Both the position numbers and the translations under genes were made by a program. A stretch of 63,998 bases of DNA, the filler included, from Dirinaria sp. TL-2023a (Eukaryota), in the NCBI GenBank assembly GCA_051941275.1. It is 3 parts of 3 records of this genome, joined end to end, with 100 filler letters (N's around TTAATTAATTAA, not from the genome) between each part and the next. Parts side by side here need not be neighbours in the genome. Positions count along the whole stretch, not along the records: positions 21,854 to 43,465 come from JAVEBF010000248.1; 2 more parts are not named here. One strand, given 5' to 3'. This document shows positions 25,884 through 38,476 of this stretch, one piece after another. Under the pieces are notes generated by a model. That model had not been told where the DNA came from, did not search any database, and was given only the letters and a program-made list of their open reading frames with translations. The stretch's first letter is position 1, and every line of letters begins with the position of its first letter.

Positions 25884-27498
25884 AGTGGTGTCGAATGTAA
25901 GTGCTTGTAATAAGGGTCCTTTTTCACATTCACCGCTTTATTTAATGCTCTTGCTGCTCGTTAGTGTTGTGTTTCATTGTCATCCTATCGCTACCACAAA
26001 TATAAAGGCTTTTTCTTCTCATCGTGGGCTTTCGGATGCAAAAGCCACACTGTGCTTTTGATCGCGATACAAAGTCACAAAGCTTCGCCCACGTTAGATC
26101 AGGGAGTGCTCGAAGATATAGGGTAGGTAGGATTCGCTTCAACGAAGCCACATGACGTGGCTTTGCATATTTGTAGCCTTGTCTGAGTACAAGTAGCCTT
26201 GTCTGCAAGGGCTTACACCGCTCATTAAAACTTAATGGCTAGGCATTGCTGCCGCCTGGAGCGCAATTCGCCAAAATCTTCTCATGATGTGCCCGTTTCA
26301 ACCACGTAATCGGCACCAGAAATTGGCTGGGATCAAAGCTGGTTTCCAGCGTCCGAATCAAGCCGGGCTACATGTTTCTAACGGAGATCGAAGAGACATG
26401 ACGGATCAAACAAGTTGCCCCGTCCAGGACATGTAGTCCAGCACTTTTGCCGCCCTGCGAAGTGTGTAAGCCGTGGAAGAATATTCATACAAGGGGATCA
26501 GGTCTGAGGTCATGCTGAGCATGTAGGTATCAAAATGACAGTCGAACTCTGAAACTCTCTGATAAGATTGGTCGGACGGATCAGTTATCGGCCGTGTTCG
26601 AACTTCGGAGTCGTTCCAGAGCTGCCCGGAGATAGACGTTCTGTTATCCCCGGTCGGCCTAGGTAATTAAAGCTAAAGCATGATTGAGTCTACCTACATC
26701 TCGTTAAATCTACTGCCACAATCGGTATGAATCACGTCGCTGCAAATCCTCGAGAGCCAGAGAATCCCCCTTTCAGGTAAGTTGATCAGTCATGCACCAT
26801 CAGAGTACCCGTACATGATATTCAATATCTGATCACGCTAAGAACTTGCCTTCCCTGGTTCGCCACCTTTCTCTGCTGCCACACACACATTGAGTCGAAC
26901 CTCCTCTCGAAGCAGCTTAACTCTTCAAAGGATCAGGCCACGGAAATTATCCTAAAGGCAAAAGCATGCTTCTAAATCACTCTAGATTTGGAGGAAGGAA
27001 AGCCGATCCTTCAGCCGGAAGAGACCATTCCGCATATGTCAGCTGTGAAGATCGTTGTGAAAATCCTTATAGGTGTGATGTGGATGATATCGAGGTGCTT
27101 GTAATAGGTAGTAACCTGGCAGAGAAGGGTCTGCTACAAGGAGTGGAAAAGGAGGAGATAATAGCATAAGGTTGATGTAACAGATGTCTGTGCTCGTGGC
27201 ACATAACAACACCTTGGAGATCTAAATCGTGGATACTACCTTAGACAATTCTGGAGTGACTTGCTTTGTGTCGGGAGTTAAGAGGAGGTATACACTGGCT
27301 GCCTAGGAAAGAGAAGTCGCCAAGGATTCGTCCCAGGAGGCTTCATTCCGGTAATTTGAACGCACTGACAGAAGCATCTTATGACTCCCATATCTGTGTT
27401 CCACATATCTTAAGAATGCCAGCTTCTCCGCTCCAGCAAGTAATCCAGCTTTACAGAAAGAAGCTCTTCTGTTCGAACGCCTTTACAGTCGCGCTTAT

Positions 27499-27996
27499 CT
27501 ACCCATCCAAGTCCATTGCCTCCCCAATGTAAAAATCGTAGCTCGGCGAGAGCGAAAGCGCACCGAGACCGACTTCTTCATCTCTACTGGTGCGGGCATC
27601 GAGTTCATCGCTAAGCCGCTCTAGAAACTCGTCGGCTGTCCGCATAAGATCTTCCCCTGCTCCCTCGCCCTTGCTTTCGCCCTCGGGGCTGCTGGGTATG
27701 ATGTCAGAAACGAAGAGAGGGAGATTCGGAGGTTGAGGAGTCGGTGCGTTTGCGAGGATATGTGTCGAAGTTTGAGCCTGGATGAGAGAGTAAGGATTCG
27801 GCGATGGAGAGGTTCTCATAGCAGCTGTGTGAGGTTGGAACGGTGCTGATGATACTTCGTTGGCTTTGAAAACATAGACCGGCAGTGAGAGCGGCATGGC
27901 CTGGTCTGTGAAGACTTGGTTTAGGTCTTGTGCAAAAGATTGTGTATAAGGCATGGATTGGGTGTCATAGAGCGGATATCGACTTTCAGGCGCCAT
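27499..27996 (-). CDS. Hypothetical low-complexity protein (probably the last exon of a longer gene)
   Basis: 165 aa Pro/Ser-rich ORF with acidic tail. Possible upstream exon(s) at 28046-28760 are not resolved. Confidence 0.4.
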   Translation of the reverse strand: MAPESRYPLYDTQSMPYTQSFAQDLNQVFTDQAMPLSLPVYVFKANEVSSAPFQPHTAAMRTSPSPNPYSLIQAQTSTHILANAPTPQPPNLPLFVSDIIPSSPEGESKGEGAGEDLMRTADEFLERLSDELDARTSRDEEVGLGALSLSPSYDFYIGEAMDLDG

Positions 27997-29075
27997 AGCT
28001 GATGAGCCGAATGTGTTCGTTGAAGTCGTGGCTGCATTAGCTAAATTAAATCTTAGTGATATAGTTTACCTCTTCAGCGTTAAGGAGGCAATAGATTACC
28101 TTCCTTCGTCCATGGTAGGGGCTTTGCTGAATCGCCTGCGACAGAGCAGGTATTGAGATCGAATGTAAAGTGCTGGGGCGCATGCTGACTTGCGTATGCT
28201 TGCGCCATGAAGCAGCTTTCTGGCTCGAATTTTCGACTCTGTTCTTGCAGGAGATCGTTCCCTCGAAAGTTAAGAGACGGTATGGACGGCGGATGGGTGA
28301 CTTTGAAAGCCTAGGTACAGGTGAAGCCCATTCAAGGTAGGCAGCTTGAGGAGCGGAAAAGTTGGTTGGTCTGTTTAACACACGGCCGGCCTTGCATAAC
28401 TTTCGTCTGTGTCCGCGAACCCACGGGATGAAAGCATCATGTATTGATATAAAAGAGCAAGACAGGGTACGAAGTATGGGTTTTGCAGGCGCAAGATTAC
28501 GAGGGGGGATAGTGAAGTTGAGTCCTTGTAGCAAGCACTACGTTCATCCGATCAAATTGTTGACCTATGACAGCGATCACACTGTTGTCTCTCGACAGCT
28601 GCACCTTAATATCGAATAGAGCATTGAATGAAAGCCTTACACCTATCCTAAAATTATACTCCTGCAGCATGAGTGTTTCCACAAAAGCTGCATTGATCGT
28701 GTGGGACATTTGCGGCAGCGTCAACTGTAATCGATTTTCTTGCTCAATGCATCGCTCCATGCTACTGGGTTAGATACTGTACAAGTACCTAGAATCAATT
28801 GAAGTAGCGAGAAGAAGCTGAGCCAAGGGGTCTCTACAGCCTGTAGGAATATGCGTGCCAACGCCAAGACCGATTGAGTCCCGCCTGCGTAGCCGATCGC
28901 CGCTGGCTAGTAAGACCGCCACCGAGTCCTTCTTCCTTGCCCTTTTCAGCCTCAATCTCTACAATGAATAGTTGTCGAGTAATTGTCAAAGCTCGCTGAC
29001 AGGTGCTTCTTAATGTTGTACAGACATATAGTGAGTTCGGAAAGGCAGTCAAAAAGGGAAAAAAAAGGTCGAGTC

Positions 29076-29167
29076 CGACACCTGAGAGATTCGAACTCTC
29101 GCTCCCGAAGGAACGCGCTGTACGGAAAAGTAGCAGGCGCGCGCGTTAACCACTCCGCCAAAGTGCC
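29076..29167 (-). tRNA. tRNA-Ser(GCT) with 11-nt intron
   Basis: Minus strand folds as GGCACTT/AGGTGTC acceptor, D-arm GCG-GAGTGGTTAA-CGC, anticodon stem CGCGC/GCGCG with CT-GCT-A[cttttccgtac]A, long variable arm TTCC-TTCG-GGAG, T-arm GAGAG-TTCGAAT-CTCTC and G73. A T-run lies downstream. Confidence 0.96.
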
Positions 29168-31152
29168 TGATGTGCCAAAAAGCTTAAAAAATTAATTATA
29201 TATTTAGCTTAAAGCAAGATAGACATTGAGACGGCGACTTGACTTAAGAATATTGGTTCCAATAACACGCACACAAAGATCGCGCGCATATATTGCTAGT
29301 CCTAATTAAACAAACAAAAAAATCCCAGCGATTTTACATATCAGCCTTCAATCGCACCCCCCCCCCCAAAAAAAAAAAAATTTATTAAGACGCTTCGACC
29401 CGATCACAGAAAGTCCACATTCAAATCCCTGGCTTCAGCGCGCAACATGTCAAAATTGGATATTTCATGACTACAGATAGCCGACTATCTACGCAGTCTC
29501 CCAAATGATGTTTAAACCAAAACTTCAATTACCGCGACAGGGACGTACATTCTGCTCCCTGAGTAAGATTTCGAATACGATTTTACATATCTTAAGCCAA
29601 AATGTCACGCTCTTGATCTACAACCACCAACAAGCCTGACAACTTTCTCCACTACACAATCCATTCTCGATGACTATTCCCCTTCAAACACGCCTAGCTC
29701 TACGTTTCAACTACGGATATCTTCACAAGGCGAACTTCTCAGTACCAAGCCCATTATTGGTACCTTTCTTCCGCATGGCGCGTTTTCAACAGTGCTACCC
29801 TTTCAAAACCTTGGATCTGTTCTGCACCCTTTGCAGCGGAAGATGCCGCTACTTGATTCTCACCAACGAAGAGAGAAATCAAGAATAGCTGGGATATAAG
29901 GCGGTAACGCTCATCATGATGTCGGGCAAGGGCTTTTGGCAGCTTAGGTATGCGGCGGGGAAGGTTCTCAACCATAGACCCCACCCGAGGAGCAGGGAGC
30001 TCAGTTTTTAGTAATACGATCTCTATGTAATTTCTGTTCGTCTTGGAGCTCTTACGGTTCGTACTCGAATTAGGAAATGGGGCACACGAGGTTTTCCATC
30101 CAAGACGTTGAGTTGCTGCTTCAAGACTGACGCCTAGTTATCTCACTGTCGAAAAGTCCGATCTAAATGCTCTGTACAGATGCCTCTGACATCGATCCGA
30201 AGTCCCCAATCGCTTGGAAGTATAGTGGGAAGTACTTTAAGTACTAGATCCAGAGCATCAGATGAGTTTCTGTAGGATAGTAGAGACACCGATCGAGCTT
30301 GAATTGTCCCCTTGATCCATAATTTGAGCTCTGGGATCGCTACCTAGTCGGCCGCCGTACAGGGTTTGACCTTTATTACTGGCGCGCGATGAGCGTCCTG
30401 GAATGCAGTATCTCGTCTATAAGGCTCGTGAGCCTGCTGGGATGCTATCTTCGTAAATTTATGACGCGCGTCTCCATGGTTAGTGTTTCTGTCTCTATTT
30501 TACTCTATCTTCCTTGATGTCACTCCCTGAGCTAGATTTGTCACGTCTGATTTATTCAACATGTCTTTATAATCCCCGGCATATGAGGTAGGTATGATGG
30601 GACTTGGAAGAGGATAGTTGGATCCTTGTCATCGATGACGGTTCTTGGCGTAGTACCTTTTCGATTCTCTCTGTCGGTTCTTGTAAGACAATTGAATGAT
30701 GTCAGAATATGGAATCTCGAGTTCTCTATCGCAAGCGATCATTAGGAAAGTCCTCTTTGTGTATACTACGGCTGGGTGAAGTTGCCATTCCTAGGAGCTA
30801 CACGGCGTTTATCTGGGATAAAAGGCGCGGCATGATTAGCCTTGGCTTCAGCATGATGAGTGTTTTGTTACATGCTCGATGATTCTAAAGCTGATTACTG
30901 CAAGTATAGGATACTTTTTAGCTGTGAAGATGAGAAGAAAGAGACTTGCTTGCGATAAAAAAGGGTTTCAATCTGTTCAGATCACAGGTCACAACATCGA
31001 CGCACAGGTTCTGGGCACAGTGTATGATCTCAGCTGTCTTGAATGTTCATAACACGGAGAAGACTGGATAGACACTCGCTCTAATAGTGTGGATGCTCGA
31101 CAAAGGCAACATAACGACTTCTTCTATGAAGAGCGCTCCAATGCGATTCCCA

Positions 31153-32288
31153 CTATGTTGTATTATTCTCAATAAGAAAACTTATTCCACAGCTCCCACA
31201 TCGAAGGGATCCACCAGTGATAGTATGCTCCGCACCCTGTGGCACAAAATATGGGTTGAAGTTTCCCCCGCAACTCCGACAGATGCAGCCGTTGGACACG
31301 ACCGTCAGATGGCGCAACAGGAAGTCGATGTTGTCTTGAAAGTCGCTGATCTGGCTCTTGAGTCCTGTGACACGCTCCGCCTTCGCAGCTGTGAAGGCCT
31401 TCCAATAGTTTGCTCTCTTCTGGAGTTCCTCGCCGTATTCCGTATGACGTGCTTCGGCCGTGATGCTCTTTGCGATGGTTTTTTTGAAAACTTCCATCAT
31501 GAAGTCCGGGTCGTCCTTCAAGACCGATTCCCAGTCGGCGGATCCTTCAGGCTTAGCCAAGGAATCGAGCACGACCTGTTCGATGCAAATGTTCAAGGCG
31601 GTGTCGCGGAGACCTCGATCACTGGATGGCGTCGTTGTCAATATTTCGTGGAGGATGGATGGAAAGCTCCATCGAGGCAGCCAAAATGCGAGCCTCTCGA
31701 ACTTGCATTGGCTCATTTCCTTGAGCAATTCGATGTCATATTTTTCGGCCGCGGCGTAAATTTGTACGTTCATCATGAGACTCTTGTGGGCCATAAGGGC
31801 TTTTGGGGGAAAGGTGTCGTCAGTTTTCAAGACTTTATCGTCCTCTCGAGTCCCTGAAGCGGCTTGGTTGGCGGCAGAATTCTCTGAAGACTCTTCCGCG
31901 ATGAAGCGCGCACTTAGAAATGATTCGATTTCTTCTCCTGTCGGATATCTCCTGTCATCATAGTCCAGCCTGTACATAAAATTTAGGAGTTGCTCGATCA
32001 CATCAGGATCATCATCTTTCAGATCGATCAGATGAGTCGTCGCCTCCTAGTTCATGTCAGACTCGATAAATAGTACATGTGGATCGAGGGACCTACCTGG
32101 AAGTAGCCGTCACTTGCAGCAGCAAAGACTTTGGACCATGCACAAAGAATGAAACGATGCACATGCCAGGTTTTGTTGCCGCATTTCAGTGTGAGATCAG
32201 AGTATTTTCCTGATCGTAGGAGTTCTTGATGATCAGAAAGCAAGCGATCTCGATGAGAGTCGTATATTGGGTAAGAATGTAAAGACAT
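31153..32288 (-). CDS. BTB/POZ domain protein, one intron
   Basis: YSDLTLKCGNKTWHVHRFILCAWSKVFAAA..., then ...IDLKDDDPDVIEQLLNFMYRLDY and NVQIYAAAEKYDI. Intron at ~32095-32048. Confidence 0.88.
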
Positions 32289-33772
32289 GCTTAGAGCGAT
32301 GATAATCTTATCCAGCTATGGAGATTCGCGAATCCAGATTTCAAGAGCGGAGCAAGTCGAGGAAAAAGATTCGTCAGCTTTATACTGGGATCTAATATTT
32401 GAACGATGACGAGTTATCTGTTGAGTGATGCGTGGTCAATAATAGCTCTGTCTTGTCAATTAAGTGTTCCATGACTGAATTATTAGAGTGAGACCATTAT
32501 TTTTGTAGAGATATAGACTAATCACATGCATTTCCGCGCACAACAGTGAAGCGCGTTTTGTTTACTAATACTCACATCAGAAAACAAATCTGCACGATCA
32601 ACACGAATCAACAACACGATCATCACGCGTTCTTTCTTACTGTTGATCTGAAGCTGTCATAATCGATGCAATAAATCGTCGCTGTCGATAATCATCAAAT
32701 AAAGACAGCATAACAATGCTTACAGATACTGAAAGGATTTGAGATCATGAGATCAGTAACTTAGCAAGATTTGGACGAATACAGCCGCTGTATCTGACAC
32801 ATCACCTTACACTTGTGGTTAGAGAATCGATTTATCTGATATATTCAAGTCTTGTTAATACTAACAGTGTCCAGAACGAGTAATGAAGAAATCGACTGTT
32901 TGCGAAGAATTGCCAGTACACACAAATCCAGAATCCATCTGCCGAAGAGAGTCAGTTTCAAAAGTCGTCACATTGGAAGAGGATTTCAAGCGCCTTGATC
33001 AAGAGAAAGATTGAATATCAAGGCATAGACTCGCTACTCTCGTACATGATAGAGTGGTGTAGATGCAAAGAATGATCATGGCTCGTCTCGATCAGAGCAA
33101 GGGGTTCATATCGAGTTTGGAGATGTTACCTTCAGATTGGCACAAAAGCTCAATCCAGGTCTATTGAAGCTTCCTAGCAAGTCAAATCCTGTCCATTCCG
33201 GTCTTTTACATTCCAAACAAAGGTTGAGGCAGAGCACCTCGAGGATGGCTTCAAAGATCTCGACTTCTTCCTGAACGCATAGGAGCGTTACCGCCTCATC
33301 TACTCGCGAAGGCTGTGGTCTCTCCCTCTGTCAACATAACACAAGCCATGCTGGTTACAGCTCCGCTCTCTTTGTGGGTTGCAAATCCGATGCTGCTTCT
33401 GCTACGCTCGCATTCTTTGACAGTAACGAGAGTTAAACCGTCGTAACACAGCCCGAACTCTAGGAGAAGCAATATTCATCTCGAGGAATTGCCAGACAAC
33501 TTTGTGGAGCGCGTGTCAGTCTGCATATCATGTACTTCCTGCCGAGGAGAGATAGATTGAGCTTGGAAGTCAAACAATAGTGACGCTTTTCCAAGCCATC
33601 CATTGGTTTAGTGCTCCAACTTGCATGACATAGGCTGCTCAAGCGCTCACATCTTCTGTGACGATTGTTCCTCTTGTGTAAAACACCCAAGCGAGCATCC
33701 TAGACAATCTCAAGGCTGAATGGATATGGAGCGATACTATATTGGGCTTGCGGAATGCGATGAGCTATTGTA

Positions 33773-35283
33773 TCAATGCCCATTGCTCTCATTATTCTTG
33801 TGGTAAGCCACTTCATCCAATAGCTGCACAGTCTCCGTTGGTGACGCAATCCAAGCCGTGGTGCACGCCAATCGCGCTTTGAAGTCATTAGCACCGGCGG
33901 ACAAAAATTGATCGCCGACATGGAGAGTCTTGCTTCCTTCTATGCCACCAAAATAGCGTTGACAAGCAAGAACACCCAAGGATTTATCACCTATATCGAC
34001 GAAGATATCGTTGCCCCCTGTTGATCACAAAAGTCAGCATGCCTTGATAATTCTAGAAGAATCTTTGGCTGACCATTGAAGGCGCAGAAAGGTAATTTCT
34101 TTCCAGCAGGAGACATATCAATGATCTGCTGTGTAACTAAAACAGTTTCTTCTAGCTGTTCTCGGGTGAATTTCCTGGCTCCTGGGGTATTTTGCCTTAG
34201 ATTCTCAAGGTCAGCATCACCGCCAAGGCAGAAATATCAAATTTATAGAGGAGAGATGTTACGACTTACGGAATGATGCCGACGGCCCGCTCTTTACGTA
34301 TGATTTCTGCTGAAAGGTCCATGTTACTGATGCATTCTCGAAGCGCTCCTTCAGCTACATCTAGTAACGCTTTGATATCCCGGTCGGTCCATTGCCTCAT
34401 ATCATCGAGCATCCACTGCTGTCTTGGAATATATCTGAGTGCATACTGCTCCGAAGAATCGAAAGCAAATAGGTAATTACTCTCACCTCCGAGCACGATC
34501 AAGGCCGGGTCGGTTAAACGGCCCAAGAGGATCGCTTTTTTCATCGCCTCTAGGAGCCCGTACAGCCGCTCATAGTATCTAGAAGCCTCGGTATAGCCTG
34601 CCGCAGTCACGATGCCTATCTTGGTGCCTGCAGTAAGCAAATCAATAATCCGGGGGATGACGGGATTATCAGGGGTCAACGATTGGCCGTCATCGTAGAG
34701 AGTAACATCTCCATCGAAAGTCACCAGATGCAGAGGACCATCACGAGCGAGGCTCATGATCTGCGCTGTGTTCAATATTAAGCGTATGTCATTGAAAGAA
34801 GGGGCCACAAAACGTCGAGAGCTAATGCTACGACGGCCGTCCTGGTAGGCAAAGGCTTCCTCAAGTAATAAAGGGGTGAAAAACACCCCCACACTGGGTA
34901 CAAGGAGCTTCAACTTTGAACGAGCATGCGTTCCGCATTTCTGGTGGGCTACTGTAGTGGTTTAGCAAGTCTTGTCTGAAGGCAAATGAAAGTGTCGCAC
35001 TGTGGTCGTTTATGAGACCCTCCACATCGCGCATAATTTCGGCGTATCTGCGGTGGGCCGTGGACGCCATTCGAGCAACGAGCTTAGAGGAACCTCCATG
35101 CTCGTCCCAAGCTGCTGTAGGCTGCGAGTGGAGGACGAATGGGACTGCGAGTAGCCCCTTGATCCATTCAATCTGCGAAAGACATGAGAACAATCGTGGT
35201 TGTTTTGGTAAGATCAGAGCACGTACCAGCTGGTCTCGTCGATGGGTTTTGAGAGCGTACTCGACGCGATATCGGGTCGTCAT
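33773..35283 (-). CDS. ISN1: IMP-specific 5'-nucleotidase 1 (HAD superfamily), multi-exon
   Basis: MTTRYRVEYALKTHRRDQL, HAD motif I TFDGDVTLY, IVTAAGY, FCAFNGGNDIFVDIGDKS and LHVGDQF...NDFKARLA. Confidence 0.95.
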
Positions 35284-37391
35284 TGCTGCTCAACTTGGCC
35301 AGTGCTTTGTTTTGAGGAATACTCCAGACTCCCAGCTATCTTATAGATTTTTCCATTTTCTAATGAGGGGCTGTTCCCCGCCATTCATTTACATAATGAC
35401 GTGGGCAATGCATGGAAAAAGCAACCAGTCTTTGTCACGGTTGCCAGACAATAGGTAATTGTTTCATGTATGGCTTCCGTCAGGCCGCATACAGGTATTT
35501 ACTTACCTACCTATCTGACCTCAGTCACGAGGCTACAAAACCCAACATGCCTAAGCCGAAGTTTAACCGTACCAGCCTGAATGTAGCTAGCCTCTTCGGC
35601 CGGGGGATCAGGTTGCCAATGCCGTGCCAAGTTCATCTCGGCTCGCCTATTCATCATCGGCTAAACACACTGTAGAGATGCAAATGAGACGAGCAGCAAA
35701 GGAGGCTAATAACCAGCGAAAGGCTCCAGCGTCTGATAATAATATCATGATATCACGGAACAGATTGCAGAGCCTGACATAAGACACCTTTGCGATGCTG
35801 CTGGCTTATTGCATGTCCTTGAACTCCGCATCAGACGGCGTGGCGTGGCAAGCTTAGGATACTTGATCGTCATGGGAACTGCGCTGTGCTGCATGAGCCT
35901 TGAAGCAGCGAATCAGACCAACTAACCTGTCAGAGCCTGAGTAGTAGGCCATGCATCGTCATGATGAGCCAGCTCATCATGGATGATGCAGCTCGTTACA
36001 GATTGTTGTCTGTTGGTGACCCGGCTCCAAGCATTTCCATGGACGCTACACCAATTCCATTTAATGGTATATCAAGTACCTTCGAACCATGAACTGAACT
36101 GGATACATGTAGTGCATTCAGTTTAAAATACACTACTTACTGTGTATAAGTTTGGTGCTACAACTACTGCAAGAACCTAAGGTATTTTCCACCTAGCTAT
36201 CGCGCCAATAATGTCGCCCTTTATCAAACCTTCCAGCGCATAGCAAGTCTCCACATCTCCTGGTTTATCCAGCCCATTCTTGATTTATTTCGAAGTCTCT
36301 GTCCACGTATCATGGGCCTGATCAAAGGCTCCCCGATTCTCGGCGGTGCCTATCTCCTGGCTGATACAGGCCTGAAGGCCTACAAGGAACGCGGGAACAG
36401 CAAACACCAAAGTCATCTTAACGATATTGAGAAGGTCCCACGCAGCTTTCTTCAGCTTCACTGATCCTCCTACAGCGTACCCGAATCCACTTTCAGGCAT
36501 TAAGTGTGGTGGCCGACGCATTGCCAATGGCTTCCCAAACCACTACCAACCGCCAGACCAATCACTACCAGATTGCCCCAAACGAGAGCAAATCATTACC
36601 GGTGAAAATAATTGTGACATTGATCCCCCACCGATCTGTGGGCAGGGAAAAAGTGCTTTAGGCCCCAATCGAAAACAGAGCGCTGCTGCTAGCAATACTG
36701 GTGCATTCTGAGTCGTGAAGATCGTGGCGCAATCAGCCCGTTAGATGGCGACTATGATACTTCCTTGTCCAATGGGACGAGTTCAAAGGTATTCGTTCTC
36801 CTACTACTTCGTATTCATTGACAATCTCAAAAGTCTTGGAGATCTCTCGCAAGCGTAATAAATAGCATTGGTAAAGGCAAGTGGATTGTCTGTTTCAGGT
36901 CAAGTACACGATCTACTTTTCATAAAGTACTTTCTGGGTACTAAGGTCTTTCATACCTCGTGAATTATCACTCGATCTTGAGTAGGTCGTTCCACACCAG
37001 TTTCTAGGCCCCATGATTAGGGAGTTTAGCATCCTCAACGATGATTGACTAGCTTCTGCAACTGAAACCGGATTGCGTGCATACTTTGAAACTACTGTAT
37101 GTTCTAATTCCTTAGGCTGGTGGTTGGTGGGGTTCGTGGTGGGGTGAACATATGATGTCAAGTTTCAGGGTCCCTCATTCTCAATCCGGGTTTCCTTCTG
37201 CCCATATAGAGACCGGCACAGCCACTTTCTTCTCTCTTTCCCTTCTCACATCCGACACTGATCTCGTTCCTACAACAACACTCGAACTGAGTACTACCTT
37301 CATTCCCTTTTGCATGAGGCGTAAGAGCTAACACGTAAAAACGACTTCAAGAACCCTGTACCACCACCACCACCACACACCCGAATCAAAC

Positions 37392-37781
37392 ATGGCAGAC
37401 AAGGCAGGAGGTATGCAAGCAACAACTTTGGGAAGATACCCTCCTGTGCAAGAGCTGATAAGACTAACAAGGTTTCCTTGGGGGTTTGACAGATACCGCA
37501 GGCAAAGCTGTTGGCGGCGTTACGGACACAGTCGGCAACACAGGTATGTCTTCAATCTACAAGCGCGTGTGCCATCACCCTTGAGTAGCACCCTAGCTGA
37601 TGTCGTTTGCAATCTAGTTGGCGGTCTTGGCAAGACGGTTGGAGACACCACCACCGGCCTAACCAACACCGTGGGCGACACGACCAAGAGTGCAGGCAAC
37701 ACTGTCAAGGGTGTCACCTCCCAGGAGGGTGGAGAATCGGGCGAAAAGAAACAGACGGCGCAAAACCCGTTGGGCTTGTAG
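37392..37781 (+). CDS. Small Gly/Thr-rich hydrophilic protein with 11-mer-like repeats (LEA/stress-protein-like), 2 introns
   Basis: The spliced product MADKAG-DTAGKAVGGVTDTVGNT-VGGLGKTVGDTTTGLTNTVGDTTKSAGNTVKGVT...QNPLGL uses two GTATG donors with branch-site-like motifs. Confidence 0.75.
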   Translation: MADKAGGMQATTLGRYPPVQELIRLTRFPWGFDRYRRQSCWRRYGHSRQHRYVFNLQARVPSPLSSTLADVVCNLVGGLGKTVGDTTTGLTNTVGDTTKSAGNTVKGVTSQEGGESGEKKQTAQNPLGL

Positions 37782-38476
37782 ACGAATTTTCCATGTACAG
37801 AGGGATTCAAGGAAAAGGGTACAATACTCGATGATGTAGGACAGACTTGTGTATCAGTCAATAGACTCGTATCATCAATCGCAGACGTATCACTCGTTTA
37901 GGAATGGAGTTCAGACCGTCTCTGCTGCTTTGAAATCATAGTTGCTATTCGTGTATATTATCCAATGCTTTTCGTAGATACGTCAAAGATCCAACAACTC
38001 ATTAACATGCAGATACTGAGCTGATCAAGCGCTTTCTACCCACTCAAGTCTAGAATCACTTGAATCCTGAAAATGTGCAGCATCACTTTTTTAGGAGGTA
38101 CAAAATGTCAATTTTGTGTTATCAACCTTAGTTGATCCAAAAAGAATCAATCAAAACTGGGTAGGAGACTCAAAAGAGTGACTTGGTGACGAGGGTCGAA
38201 GGAGTTATTCTCCTCCAGTTCGCCAAGTATCGCGGGTGTTGCGGATAGGACAGTGTCCTCTCAGCAAGCCAAACAATCCTTGAACCTCCAACCGCCTCGA
38301 ACACTCTGCTACCAATCACCAGTGGTCATGTACGTCCCCGCGTTTGTGATTCGAGCAAAAAAATAAGGTAAATGTTTGTCAAAGCTACAATAACCCGCTC
38401 GAGTAGCAAACCACCAATGCGCACCCCACGAACCGGCCGTCGACAACAAGTATGAAACCCCACGGCGAGCCCCACT